Below are positions 11,985 through 24,004 of a stretch of DNA of 64,000 bases, piece by piece. The stretch's first letter is position 1. Each line of letters opens with the position of its first letter. The notes beneath the pieces were generated by a model. The model searched no databases and had not been told where the DNA came from. It was given only the letters and a program-made list of their open reading frames with translations. The stretch is from positions 186,001-250,000 of the forward strand of contig NIVC01000659.1 in NCBI GenBank assembly GCA_002269645.1, in the 5' to 3' direction. The DNA comes from Macrostomum lignano. Taxonomy: Eukaryota. Both the position numbers and the translations under genes were made by a program.

Positions 11985-13890
11985 CACTGTGCCATTTGCT
12001 GTCTCACTCGCTGTCTCACTCACTGTCTCACTCACTGTCTCACTCACTGTCCCATTTACTGTCCCATTTACTGTCTCACTCGCTGTTTCACTCACTGTCC
12101 CATTTATTGTCTCACTCACTGTCTCACTCGCTGTCTCACTCACTGTTTCACTCACTGTCCCATTTATTGTCTCACTCACTGTCTCACTCGCTGTCTCACT
12201 CACTGTTTCACTCACTGTCCCATTTATTGTCTCACTCACTGTCTCACTCGCTGTCTCACTCACTGTTTCACTCACTGTCCCATTTATTGTCTCACTCACT
12301 GTCTCACTCGCTGTCTCACTCACTGTTTCACTCACTGTCCCATTTATTGTCTCACTCACTGTCTCACTCGCTGTCTCACTTGCTGTCTCACTCACTGTCT
12401 CACTCATTGTCTCACTCACTGTCTCACTCACTGTCTCATTTACTGTCTCACTTACTGTCTCACTCACTGTCTCACTCACTGTCTCACTCACTGTCTCACT
12501 CACCGTCTCACTCACTGTCTTACTCACTGTCCTATTTACTGTCTCACTCGCTGTCTCACTTGCTGTCTCACTCACTGTCTCACTCATTGTCTCACTCACT
12601 GTCTCATTTACTGTCTCACTCACTGTCTCACTCACTGTCTCATTTACTGTCTCACTCACTGTCTCACTCACTGTCTCATTTACTGTCTCACTCACTGTCT
12701 TACTCATCGTCTCACTCACTGTCTCACTCACTGTCTCACTCACTGTCTTACTCACTGTCTCACTCACTGTCTTACTCACTGTCTCACTCACTGTCTTACT
12801 CACTGTCTCACTCACTGTCTTACTCACTGTCTTACTCATCGTCTCACTCACTGTCTCACTCACTGTCTCACTCACTGAGTGAGATTTACTGTCTCACTCA
12901 CTGTCTTACTCATCGTCTCACTCACTGTCTCACTCACTGTCTCACTCACTGTCTCATTTACTGTCTCACTCACTGTCTTACTCATCGTCTCACTCACTGT
13001 CTCACTCACTGTCTCACTCACTGTCTTACTCACTGTCTCACTCACTGTCTTACTCACTGTCTCACTCACTGTCTTACTCACTGTCTCACTCACTGTCTCA
13101 CTCACTGTCTTACTCATCGTCTCACTCACTGTCTCACTCACTGTCTCACTCACTGTCTTACTCACTGTCTTACTCACTGTCTCACTCACTGTCTCACTCA
13201 CTGTCTCACTCACTGTCTTACTCACTGTCCCATTTACTGTCTCACTCGCTGTCTCACTTGCTGTCTCACTCACTGTCCCATTTACTGTCTCACTCGCTGT
13301 CTCACTTGCTGTCTCACTCACTGTCCCATTTACTGTCTCACTCGCTGTCTCACTCACTGTCTCACTCACTGTCTCATTTACTGTCTCACTCACTGTCTTA
13401 CTCATCGTCTCACTCACTGTCTCACTCACCGTCTCACTCACTGTCTGACTCACTGTCCCATTTACTGTCTCACTCACTGTCTCATTTACTGTCTCACTCA
13501 CTGTCTCACTCACTGTCTCACTCACTGTCTGACTTACTGTCTCACTCACTGTCTGACTCACTGTCCCATTTACTGTCTCACTCACTGTCTCACTCACTGT
13601 CTCACTCACTGTCCCATTTACTGTCTCACTCACTGTCTCACTCACTGTCTCACTCACTGTCTGACTTACTGTCTCACTCACTGTCTGACTCACTGTCCCA
13701 TTTACTGTCTCACTCACTGTCTCACTCACTGTCTCACTCACTGTCTGACTTACTGTCTCACTCACTGTCTGACTCACTGTCCCATTTACTGTCTCACTCA
13801 CTGTCTCACTCACTGTCTCACTCACTGTCTGACTCACTGTCCCATTTACTGTCTCACTCACTGTCTGACTCACTGTCCCATTTACTGTCT
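11985..13890. repeat. 1.9-kb 12-bp minisatellite (ACTGTCTCACTC)n with higher-order variants
   Basis: Directly visible; source of the SETV/LSHS/VSLT ORFs. Confidence 0.96.
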
Positions 13891-14281
13891 CACTATCTAA
13901 CCCTAACTATTTTATCAGATTTTTTGCATCAGACGTAGCCGCCCGTTATGCAGTTAAACAGAAAAAACTTTGCGCGTTGAAATTTGTCAGCCAGCATCCC
14001 AGCTGACTCCAGCGATGCGCAAGTTGTTTTGCACTGAAATCTGCGGGCAATGCGGAGACAAACTGCAGTGGCCGCACACACTGCGGCTGTGTGACAGGAA
14101 ATGCCTGCACAGATGATTGAACTGCCTGATTACAACCAGAGCTGTTTACACAAACATGCTTGATGAACTGGACATGTATAAATACAGGGTTTAAAAACAC
14201 GCGCAAGCTAGCTAGAATAAGTTGCTAGTTTTGAAATTTTGAAATTGTAAGCCGAATAGCTAATAAGCTAATCTTAGAGTC

Positions 14282-17200
14282 ATGCTGCGAATATTGACAT
14301 TGCCTGTGCTGCTGTTGCAGTTCTTGCGGCTGCTGCGCTTCACTGAGGCGTCCATTAACATCCTAGATGACGTGAGTTCGATATTGGAATTTCTCGATTA
14401 GAGTAACTCTGTAGAGACTACGTGTCATGCTAGTAACTAGGCTATTTTCATTCCTATCGTTCAGGGTCAGCTAGATCTTTTAACCCCCCCCCCCAGATAG
14501 AGAACCTACTAGCACATGGTCTGCAAGAGGAGGGGAGAGAAAAGGGGATGGGTGAATAGAGAGATGCGAGGGAATTAAGGAGAAGAGAGAAGACGAGAGG
14601 ATACGAGAGGAGAGGTGAGATGAAATAGGAGTGGAAAGAGGAAAAGGAGAGGAGAGAAGAGGAGAGAGGGCAGAAGTAGATGAGGGAAGGTAGAGGAGAG
14701 GGAGAGAGGAGAGGAAAGAAGTAGATAAGGGAAGGGAGACAAGAGGAAAGAAGTAGATAAGGGAAGGGAGAAACAAGAGGAGAGAAGTAGATAAGGGAAG
14801 GAAGACGAGAGGAGAGAAGTAGATAAGGGAGAGGAGAGGGAGAGAGGAGAGTAGAGAAGTAGATGAGAGAAGGGAGTGGAGAGGAAAGAAGTAGATAAGG
14901 GGAGGGAGACGAGAGGAGAAGTAGATAAGGGAAGGGAGACGAGAGGAGAGAGGAGAGGAGAGAAGAGAAGGGAGGAGAGAAGTAGATAAGGGAAGGGAGA
15001 GGAGAGCAGAGCAGACAGGAGTGAGAGAAGAGAAGGGCCGAGAAAGTAGAGAGGAGAGAGGAGAGAGCTGAAAAAGACACCAACCGCCCCTAAGTTGTCA
15101 TAAATTTGTGATTGCAATTCAGAATTAAGAGAAGCCAAAATCATTTCTCAGGCTCAGACCCAGCCAGGCCGCGGAATCATAACTCTATCGCTGGCGAATC
15201 TCTCCAATCCCATTGGAGTTTCGTCTTTCACTGGCCTTCGGTGCGACCAGCGGACTGACTGCGACCCCTACTTCACCGTCACTCTTACCGATGAGAGCGG
15301 AGAGTGAGCAGTTTTTAACTCTTAATAAGTTTAGTCTGTGAGGGAGGAATGCATTTGTGGGGCCAGGTACTTCAGTACTAAATCAAGTGAGGCTGATGGA
15401 TACACTTTTTCAATCATAGTGGATATCCAGGTGGGGATATCCAGGTAGAAGGGACAGGTGGGGATATCCAGGTAGAAGGGACAGGTGGGGATATCCAGGT
15501 AGAAGGGACAGGTGGGGATATCCAGGTACATGTAGAAGGGACAGGTGGGGACAGGTGGGGATATCCAGGTGGGGACAGGTGGGGATATCCAGGTGGGGAC
15601 AGGTGGGGATTATCCAGGTGGGGACAGGTGGGGATATCCAGGTGGGGACAGGTGGGGATTATCCAGGTGGGGACAGGTGGGGATTATCCAGGTGGGGACA
15701 GGTGGGGATATCCAGGTGGGGACAGGTGGGGATATCCAGGTGGGGACAGGTGGGGATTATCCAGGTGGGGACAGGTGGGGATATCCAGGTGGGGACAGGT
15801 GGGGATTATCCAGGTGGGGACAGGTGGGGATATCCAGGTAGAAGGGACAGGTGGGGTATCCAGGTGGGGACAGGTGGGGATATCCAGGTGGGGACAGGTG
15901 GGGGCAGTTGGGTTTGTCGTTCAGAATCTCTTGATTACCTTAATTAACCCAGTAATAAAATCCCTTTGCCCGAACCCCAGGGAGCTAATCTACGCTCGAA
16001 CCGAGGTGTGGCGAAACCAGAACAGCCTGATGTTTGAGGTGTTCCGTCAGTCAGTTTCGCTGAACGGATCTCTGCCTGTAAGCGGAACGTTTAAATTTTT
16101 TTATTGGTAAAAATTTTCCCTAGAAGTTTCACAAGTAGATTTCATAAATCAGCGGTTTTTTTTAAATTTCAAATTTCAGTCGAAAGTGTACCTGAAAGTT
16201 TATACCATGGACAAGCACATGCCTGACGATCAGATCATCGCAGAGTTCGATGCTAAGTTTCAGTTGAACCAACCCGACAGGCCCGACAAGGTGCAACTGT
16301 TCAGCACTCCAAGAAACAAATACGTCAGGTGATCTGACACTCTTGTGATCTGACACACTTGTGATCTGACACTCTTGTGATCTGACACACTTGTGATCTG
16401 ACACTCTTGTGATCTGACACACTTGTGATCTGACACTCTTGTGATCTGACACTCTTGTGATCTGACACTCTTGTGATCTGACACTCTTGTGATCTGACAC
16501 TCTTGTGATCTGACACTCTTGTGATCTGACAGTTTAGTCGCATTTACAGTTGCAGACTTGTTCAATTTTGTTGACTTTTTTGTTTTCGTTAAAATTTCAG
16601 TTTGATAGCAAAGGTGGCGGTCACGTGCTCGCAGTTCTACTTCGGGCCCACCTGCTCAGAGTTCTGTCGCAACGCCTCCATCCTGACTACCTGCCGGCCC
16701 GACGGCAGCCTGGTCTGTCTGGACGGTGAGTCAGGGACCGCGGATTCTGGTCACTGTGACACCCCAATTCTGGTCACTCTGACACCCCAATTCTGGTCAC
16801 TGTGACACCCCAATTCTGGTCACTGTGACACCCCAATTCTGGTCACTGTGACACCCCAATTCTGGTCACTCTGACACCCCAATTCTGGTCACTCTGACAC
16901 CCCAATTCTGGTCACTGTGACACCCCAATTCTGGTCACTGTGACACCCCAATTCTGGTCACTCTGACACCCCAATTCTGGTCACTGTGACAGCCCAATTC
17001 TGGTCACTGTGACAGCCCAATTCTGGTCACTGTGACAGCCCAATTCTGGTCACTGTGACAGCCCAATTCTGGTCACTGTGACAGCCCAATTCTGGTCACT
17101 ATGACACCCCAATTCTGGTCACATTAACACTGACTTAACCTCCCTTATCCTATCAGAAGACCTAATCAGCCTAGCGCACCATAGCGGAGCAGCTTTGCAT

Positions 17201-20200
17201 CACATGATATTTCAGTTAAGAAATTCAAAGCAAAAATATTGTTATGAAGGGCAGCCCTCTGTACCATTCAGTCCAATTTAATGCTTGAAACATGCAGATA
17301 GTCAACACCGGAAGCAGATATTGCTAGCATTTGTTTAAAATAGGCCCCCAGTTCAGTTTAGTTCGAGTCTGACAATAACAGCTAGGGGGGGGGGGGTAGT
17401 GCTATCACGTGGCTTCTTGCTTTTGCGTGTAAATACGAGCCTATTTTTCCCCCAGCGGCCCCTGGATATCTAGGGGTCTCATGAGGCACAGATCGAGCCT
17501 GGCACCTTGATAGACAGATTTGCAGCTGACCTTAGAAACCTTGTCTGTCAGTGACGTGCAGGTAAACTGATGTTCTGTTGCAATTGAGCGTGCAGTATAG
17601 ATGCTGGAGACCACTCTCTGTTGTTGGTTACAGGCTCCATGGACTGCCTGCGACCGCCTGTGCGGGAGGCCAAATCTGTGTCAACCACTGCTGAACGAAT
17701 TGAAGTGCCCGTGAGCCTTTGAGTCTTCTTATTGCTTATGATTATAAAGTTTCTGTCTGTTCTTCTTTCTGCTTTCATCTCTTGTCTCTCATCTCTCTTG
17801 CCTTTCAAGTCTCTTAAATCTCTCGTCTATCACCTCTCTTGTCTCAGGAATCTCATCTCTCATGTCTCTCGAATCTCATCTCTCATGTCTCTCGAATCTC
17901 ATCTCTCATGTCTCTCTCGAATCTCATCTCTCATGTCTCTCTCGAATCTCATCTCTCATGTCTCTCTCGAATCTCATCTCTCATGTCTCTCTCGAATCTC
18001 ATTTCTCATGTCTCTCTCGAATCTCATTTCTCATGTCTCTCTTGAATCTCATCTCTCATGTCTCTCTCGAATCTCATCTTTCATGTCTCTCGAATCTCAT
18101 TTCTCATGTCTCTCGAATCTCATCTCTCATGTCTCTCTCGAATCTCATTTCTCATGTCTCTCTCGAATCTCATTTCTCATGTCTCTCTCGAATCTCATTT
18201 CTCATGTCTCTCTCGAATCTCATTTCTCATGTCTCTCTCGAATCTCATTTCTCATGTCTCTCTCGAATCTCATCTCTCTCTTGAATCTCATCTCTCATGT
18301 CTCTCTTGAATCTCGTCTCTCATGTCTCTCGAATCTCATCTCTCATGTCTCTCTCGAATCTCATCTCTCATGTCTCTCTCGAATCTCATCTCTCATGCCT
18401 CTCTTGAATCTCATCTCTCATGTCTCTCTCGAATATCATCTCTCATGTCTCTCTCGAATCTCATCTCTCGTGTCTCTCTCGAATCTCATTTCTCATGTCT
18501 CTCTTGAATCTCGTCTCTCATGTCTCTCGAATCTCATCTCTCATGTCTCTCTCGAATATCATCTCTCATGTCTCTCTCGAATCTCATCTCTCATGTCTCT
18601 CTCGAATCTCATCTCTCATGTCTCTCGAATCTCATCTCTCTCTCGAATCTCATCTCTCATGTCTCTCTCGAATCTCATCTCTCATGTCTCTCTCGAATCT
18701 CATCTCTCATGTCTCTCTCGAATCTCATCTCTCATGTCTCTCGAATCTCATCTCTCGAATCTCATCTCTCATGTCTCTCTCGAATCTCATCTCTCATGTC
18801 TCTCTCGAATCTCATCTCTCATGTCTCTCTCGAATCTCGTCTCTCATATCTCTCTCGAATCTCATCTCTCATGTCTCTCTCGAATCTCATCTCTCATGTC
18901 TCTCTCGAATCTCATTTCTCATGTCTCTCTCGAATCTCATCTCTCATGTCTCTCTCGAATCTCATCTCTCATGCCTCTCTTGAATCTCATCTCTCTCTTG
19001 AATCTCATCTCTCATGTCTCTCTTGAATCTCATCTCTCTCTTGAATCTCATCTCTCATGTCTCTCTCGAATCTCATTTCTCTTGTCGCTTGAATCTCGTC
19101 GCTCATGTCTCTCAAATCTCATGTTGTTTCTCCTGAATCTCATTTATTAACTTTTTTCTTTAGTATCTTTGATAATCTTACAAAAATTAATTAAGATGAA
19201 CCAATTGCCCATTCGCGCAGAGAACTCTGGTCTACTGGGTCATCCCTGGCGTGTGTTTCGGCCTGCTGCTCATAGTGCTGATGGGGCTGTTAGTGAGGCT
19301 GCTCAGAGCTCAATCGGACAAGATTATTGTGTGAGTTGTGGCGGCATTGGCAAATTTCTGTCATCAGCAGTTTACTAAAGGGCAAAGGCTTTTCTTCTAT
19401 CGAGTGCCGAGAGTAGAGAATAGAGTAGAGAGTAGAGAGTAAAGAATAGAGAATAGAGTAGGGGGGCGTAGCCCAGTGGTAGCGCAGCTGCTCTGGTGTG
19501 CCAGCGACCCAGGCTCGATTCCAAGTGCAGTCACATTAATTTGGGGCTGAATTGGAATCTTGGCTTGGCTCTGCTCTTGCAATTAACGGCCTTGAGAGCC
19601 AACCCCCCAAGGCGCAGTGAAGTGTACATGCCTAACGATAATATAAAGTTAGGGCCGCTGTACACTCCTGTGTGAGTGTGTGCCTGCGTACGTATCCGCG
19701 CGCTTGTATGCCTGCTCAGGGGAGTCGGCGGAATGGGCAGTAATGCCTCTCGCCGGTTGTGTGCCTATGTCGCTGAAAGTGCGCCAGGGTGCACACAACC
19801 CCCCTGCCTCTAATAAAAAATAAAAGAATAGAGTAGAGAGTAGAGAGAGAGAATAGAGTAGAGAATGGAAACCCTTTCTGATCTGAATCCGCAGCACCTC
19901 CCTGGAGGCCGCTCTTGAGAGCGGCGCCGGCGACCCGGACGTCTTCGAGTCGTTCGAGCACCGCCAGCTGCCCGACGACATCGACGTCCTTCGCTCGCCG
20001 ACTCTCCTGCTGGCTCCGGCGGACAACCAGCGCTTCCGCAACCCGGTCTACTCGGCTCTGCGCTCAAACGAAGCCGGCCGCTCAGCGTCGGTGACCACCC
20101 AATCCACCGCGGTGTCAACTTCGGTGGCCGCGTGCAGCAGCTCGGAGCTGGATCGCGATGCTGCCGCTGGTGCAGCCGTCAGCGACACCGCGGAAGACTA

Positions 20201-20276
20201 CGACGCCTATGACGAACTGGAAGAGGTGCTGCACGGCCCGGCCCAGGTGCCTCGCCCGCTGCCTCCGACGCCATGA
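14282..20276 (+). CDS. Type I membrane protein with signal peptide, C2/MNNL-like domain, DSL domain, TM and NPxY tail (Delta-like, no EGF repeats); exons 14282-14371, 15152-15303, 15981-16077, 16180-16328, 16601-16725, 17634-17710, 19221-19330, 19895-20276 (393 aa)
   Basis: All junctions GT-AG and phase-consistent; GIITLSLANLSNPIG...CDQRTDCDPYFTVTL resembles the Notch-ligand N-terminus; C-SQFYFGPT-C-SEF-C-RNASILTT-C-RPDGSLV-C-LDGSMD-C fits the six-Cys DSL pattern; TM YWVIPGVCFGLLLIVLMGLLV. Confidence 0.75.
14550..15070. repeat. Purine-rich (GA) degenerate repeat in intron 1 of the DSL gene
   Basis: AGAAGTAGATAAGGGAAGGGAG-type units. Confidence 0.85.
15420..15905. repeat. 24/25-bp G-rich minisatellite (GGGGATATCCAGGTGGGGACAGGT)n
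   Basis: Tandem units in intron 2 of the DSL gene. Confidence 0.93.
16329..16530. repeat. 16-bp minisatellite (GTGATCTGACACTCTT)n starting exactly at the splice donor
   Basis: First unit supplies the GT of intron 4. Confidence 0.92.
16745..17120. repeat. 23-bp minisatellite (CACCCCAATTCTGGTCACTGTGA)n
   Basis: Tandem units in intron 5. Confidence 0.93.
17830..19100. repeat. 25/27-bp pyrimidine-rich minisatellite (CTCTCGAATCTCATCTCTCATGTCT)n
   Basis: Tandem units in intron 6. Confidence 0.94.
19461..19824 (+). mobile_element. tRNA-derived SINE, copy 1
   Basis: A-box-like TAGCCCAGTGG, B-box-like GGCTCGATTCC, A-rich tail; near-identical copy at 47032; flanking direct repeat AGAATAGAGTA. Confidence 0.85.
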
Positions 20277-21294
20277 TCAGCTGAGAGATGGGAAGCTCTC
20301 TCGATCTGTACATGCGCTGCACGCAATCGCCATCTCGCGGAAAACTGAATGCACATTATGGTAACATGGGTTACCCTATGCCTGTACATTTGCTGTACAT
20401 GTACATGTAGTACTCATTGTAAAACACATGCAGATCATGCAAAAAACGTTTGATGCAGCATGCAGCGTGCTTAACATTAGTCCATTCGTATTTTTGATTT
20501 TATAAATTTTTACATTTACATGTAAAAACTTCAACATTAAATTAGATAAGCTGAGTTGTAATTTCTCCTAGTCCTAGCGAACCTGAAGATGTTGCTAAAA
20601 TTGCTAAATCTCAACGACTCTCTCGATAACTTATGCGCCGCCTGCACACATGTACATGTAATGACGTCAAGATAGACTTTTAAATAACTTTTTCCCCATA
20701 GAAATGTTACCGCAATTTTACTTAAATACAGTTAAGACTTCATTTTGACATCGCTTGAGTAAAGTATTACACTGCCCTATTTTATTGGAACTGACCCGCA
20801 ATAGCACTTTTACAAAGCAAGCTAAATGGTAAATACACGGGTTGAATTGTCGTACTTGGAAAAAAAGATTCCAACTATAAGTCGTGAAAGATTTCCGTAC
20901 TTTTGTAGAATGAAAAATTCAGTTTATTTGTAGGGGAATTCATATGATTATGGCATGATTATTTCATATATAGTTAGCTAAAGTAATTACTTAGTAACTT
21001 TGTGACAAACAATGACAAAAAGACAGATTAAAATCTTTTACAGTGGCAATAATTGGCTATGAGCGGTTTTCGTTATGAAAAAAGAGGTCCTTAACTTGTT
21101 TATGTACTCTTACTCGCCTACTGTTAGTAGGGAACTTAACATTTTGTTAATATACTTTAGAAAATAGCCCTAAAAGTGACGTCATCATACAGCATATTAG
21201 CCTCAATCGCAGCCCAGACCGCCTAACGCCAGCCTCTTTAAAGCGAATTGACTAGAAAACCGTTAGGCGTGCACATCGCCACAGGCGGTTTCAG

Positions 21295-21375
21295 CCAACA
21301 CAATCGGCTGCGTGCCACAGGCGCCATCATTAAAACGACAAACCCTTTGCTGGCAGCGGCGTCATCAACGCTTCA
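21295..21375 (-). promoter_or_regulatory. Candidate SECIS element in GPx 3' UTR
   Basis: Minus strand AUGA-cgccgctgccagc-AAA...uggcacgcagcc-GA; helix II can pair but the apical region is longer than usual; folded by eye only. Confidence 0.35.
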
Positions 21376-21561
21376 TACAGAATGGCTTGGTGAGTAGGCG
21401 GCGGCGGAACTGCATGAGCTGCTAGCTAACAATTTACTGCGCATGTTACATACTCGCGATTTACGATGTACACTACTTATTTATCCAACAAATAGTTGCA
21501 TAATAGGGAAATAGATTTAAGAGGCTCAGAGACGGGAGGCTGGAGGTTGGGAAAGCCTTCT

Positions 21562-24004
21562 TCACTTGCCGATCTCGTCAAGCAGTTTCACAACGTCGGC
21601 CTCCATGTCCTGAGGAGAGAGTGATTGGCGATGTTTGTCTTTGTGTGTCTTCGTTGGCTAAAGTAAATGGCTTTTTGTATTAAAAACATTGGACATATGA
21701 ACTGCAAGTTTTACATTCGAAACCAAAAATACAAAGCGAATACAAAGAAGTGTCCTAGTCACCTGTCTTAGTGAGGCTTAGTTACCTGTCTTAGTGAGAC
21801 TTAGTTACCTGTCTCAGTGTGTCTTAGTTACCTGACTTAGTGTCTTAGTCATATGTCTTGTGTGTCTCAGCCCCTTTAGTGTGCATTAGTAACCTGTCTT
21901 AGTGCGTCTTAGTCACCTTACTGTGTGTTAGTCACCTGACTTAGTGAGAATTATTAGTACATGTATCTGTGTGTCTTAGTGCCTGTCTTTATTGTGCCTT
22001 AGCACATACATGAATGTACGTTTCTTAGTTTCTTTCATAAATGTGTATCCATGGCAGCTTAGATTCCGAGAAAGTTAGTGTGCGTGTCCAAGTCAGTCTT
22101 AATAATAAAGTAGATCTCATTTATGCAAGCCAGGGTTTACGGGTAGAGCTGGAGACTTGCGCGAATGCATACGTTTCGCAAACGTCAACTGTGAAACATT
22201 TGATAAGCAACCCGAGCTACACACGTGACATCTTGAGGTATCAGATAACTGAGGCGTCAGAGCTAATGTACGCGTAAATACTCGGGTAGTTAATAACATT
22301 CTTATCTATCAGATTGTCCAGCAGAGCAGATAAAAGCTCAAGTAAGCTAATAAGAATCTCAGCTAAGGTCTGATAGAGCACGGTAGGCATTGAAAAAAAA
22401 CTATGAAGCAGGTTGGAAGGCAGATTTCTAGTAGTCACGAGGGTCGAATAAAGATTCTTCAGCATAGTTCTGCAGGGCACTGAGGGCACCAACAACAGCG
22501 ATTTGAGCTTGTTAGAAAAGTAAAAATTGCATTCTTTAAAATTTAGATTAAAATTAAATCGATTATCTCACTGGTGTAACAAACACTTTCTGAAATTCTA
22601 TCAGAGTTTCTATCAGGGTGTGACAGGCACTTTCTGAAATTCTATTTGGGTGTGACAGACACTTTCTGAAATTCTATCAGAGTTTCTATCAGGGTGTGAC
22701 AGGCACTTTCTGAAATTCTATTTGGGTGTGACAGACACTTTCTGAAATTCTATCAGAGTTTCTATCAGGGTGTGACAGGCACTTTCTGAAATTCTATTTG
22801 GGTGTGACAGACACTTTCTGAAATTCTATCTGGGTGTGACAGACACTTTCTGAAATTTTATCAGGGTGTGACAGACACTTTCTGAAATTCTATCAGGGTG
22901 TGACAGACACTTTCTGAAATTCTATATGAGTGTGACAGACACTTTCTGAAATTCTATTTGGATGTGACAGACACTTTCTGAAATTCGATCAGGGTGTGAT
23001 AGAAACTTTCTGAAATTCTATTTTGGTGTGACAGACACTTTCTGAAATTCTATCTGGGTGTGACAGACACTTTCTAAAATTCTATTTGGGTGTGACAGAC
23101 ACCTGAAAATCCATCTAGGTGTGCCGTACACTAAAAGTCTGAGTGTGACAGACACTTTATGGAGTTCCATTTGGGTGTGACAGACACTGAAATACTAACC
23201 AGATGTGACAGACACTGTGAAATTCCAACCAGATGTGACAGACACTATGAAATTCTAACCAGATGTGACAGACACTGTGAAATTCTAACGAGATGTGACA
23301 GACACTGTGAAATTCTAACCAGATGTGACAGACACTGTGAAATAAATTTTATCCAGGTGTGACAGACACTGTGAAATAAATTCTATCCAGGTGTGACAGA
23401 CACCTTCCGAAAAAGAGCCGCTTTGCTGAAACCCAGTGAAACTCACCTTCGGCGCCGTGGTCGGGGAGAACCGCTTAACCGGGACACCTTTGGAGTCCAC
23501 CAGGAACTTGGTGAAGTTCCACTTGATGAAGTCGCCAAAGGTGCCAGACAGACGGTTCTTCAGGAACACGAACAGAGGATGGGTGGCGCTGCCGTTCACG
23601 TTGATCTTGGAGTACATGTCGAAGGCGACGTTCCAGCGAGCGATGTAGGCCTTGATCTCAGCCTCCGGCCAGGGCTCCTGGGAGCCGAACTGGTTGCAGG
23701 GGAAGGCGGCGATGGCCAGGCCGCGGTCAGCCAGTCGATTGTGCATCTCAACTAGCTGGGTGTAGTTCTTCTCGGTTGCACCTCATTTGCAAGCCACGTT
23801 CACCACGATGAGAACGCGGCCCCTGGGATTAGGAGGGGAAAAGATCAAAGTGCTATCGCTTAGGTCTATTTAATAATATAACTAGCTATTATAACTAAAA
23901 CTTGAGTACTCGAAAACTTACTTGTACTTGTCCATCGACACATTGTTGCCATCGATGTCGACAGCTTCGAAGTCGTAGACAGTGGATGGCTCCGCACTTG
24001 AAGC
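21562..24004 (-). CDS. GPX4: Selenocysteine glutathione peroxidase (PHGPx/GPx4-like); exons 24004-23922, 23822-23447, 21609-21562; first exon (possibly ATG only, near 24304-24306) uncertain
   Basis: VNVACK-TGA-GATEKNY with in-frame UGA at 23785-23783, AFPCNQFGSQEP, KWNFTKFLVD, KRFSPTTAP; phases consistent. Confidence 0.93.
22590..23400. repeat. About 32-bp minisatellite (GTGTGACAGACACTTTCTGAAATTCTATCAGG)n in GPx intron
   Basis: Tandem units with gradual drift. Confidence 0.92.

Noticed and set aside
19461-19540. tRNA gene
   Set aside because: The head does not give a convincing cloverleaf and continues into a repeated body with tail and TSD, so it is a SINE
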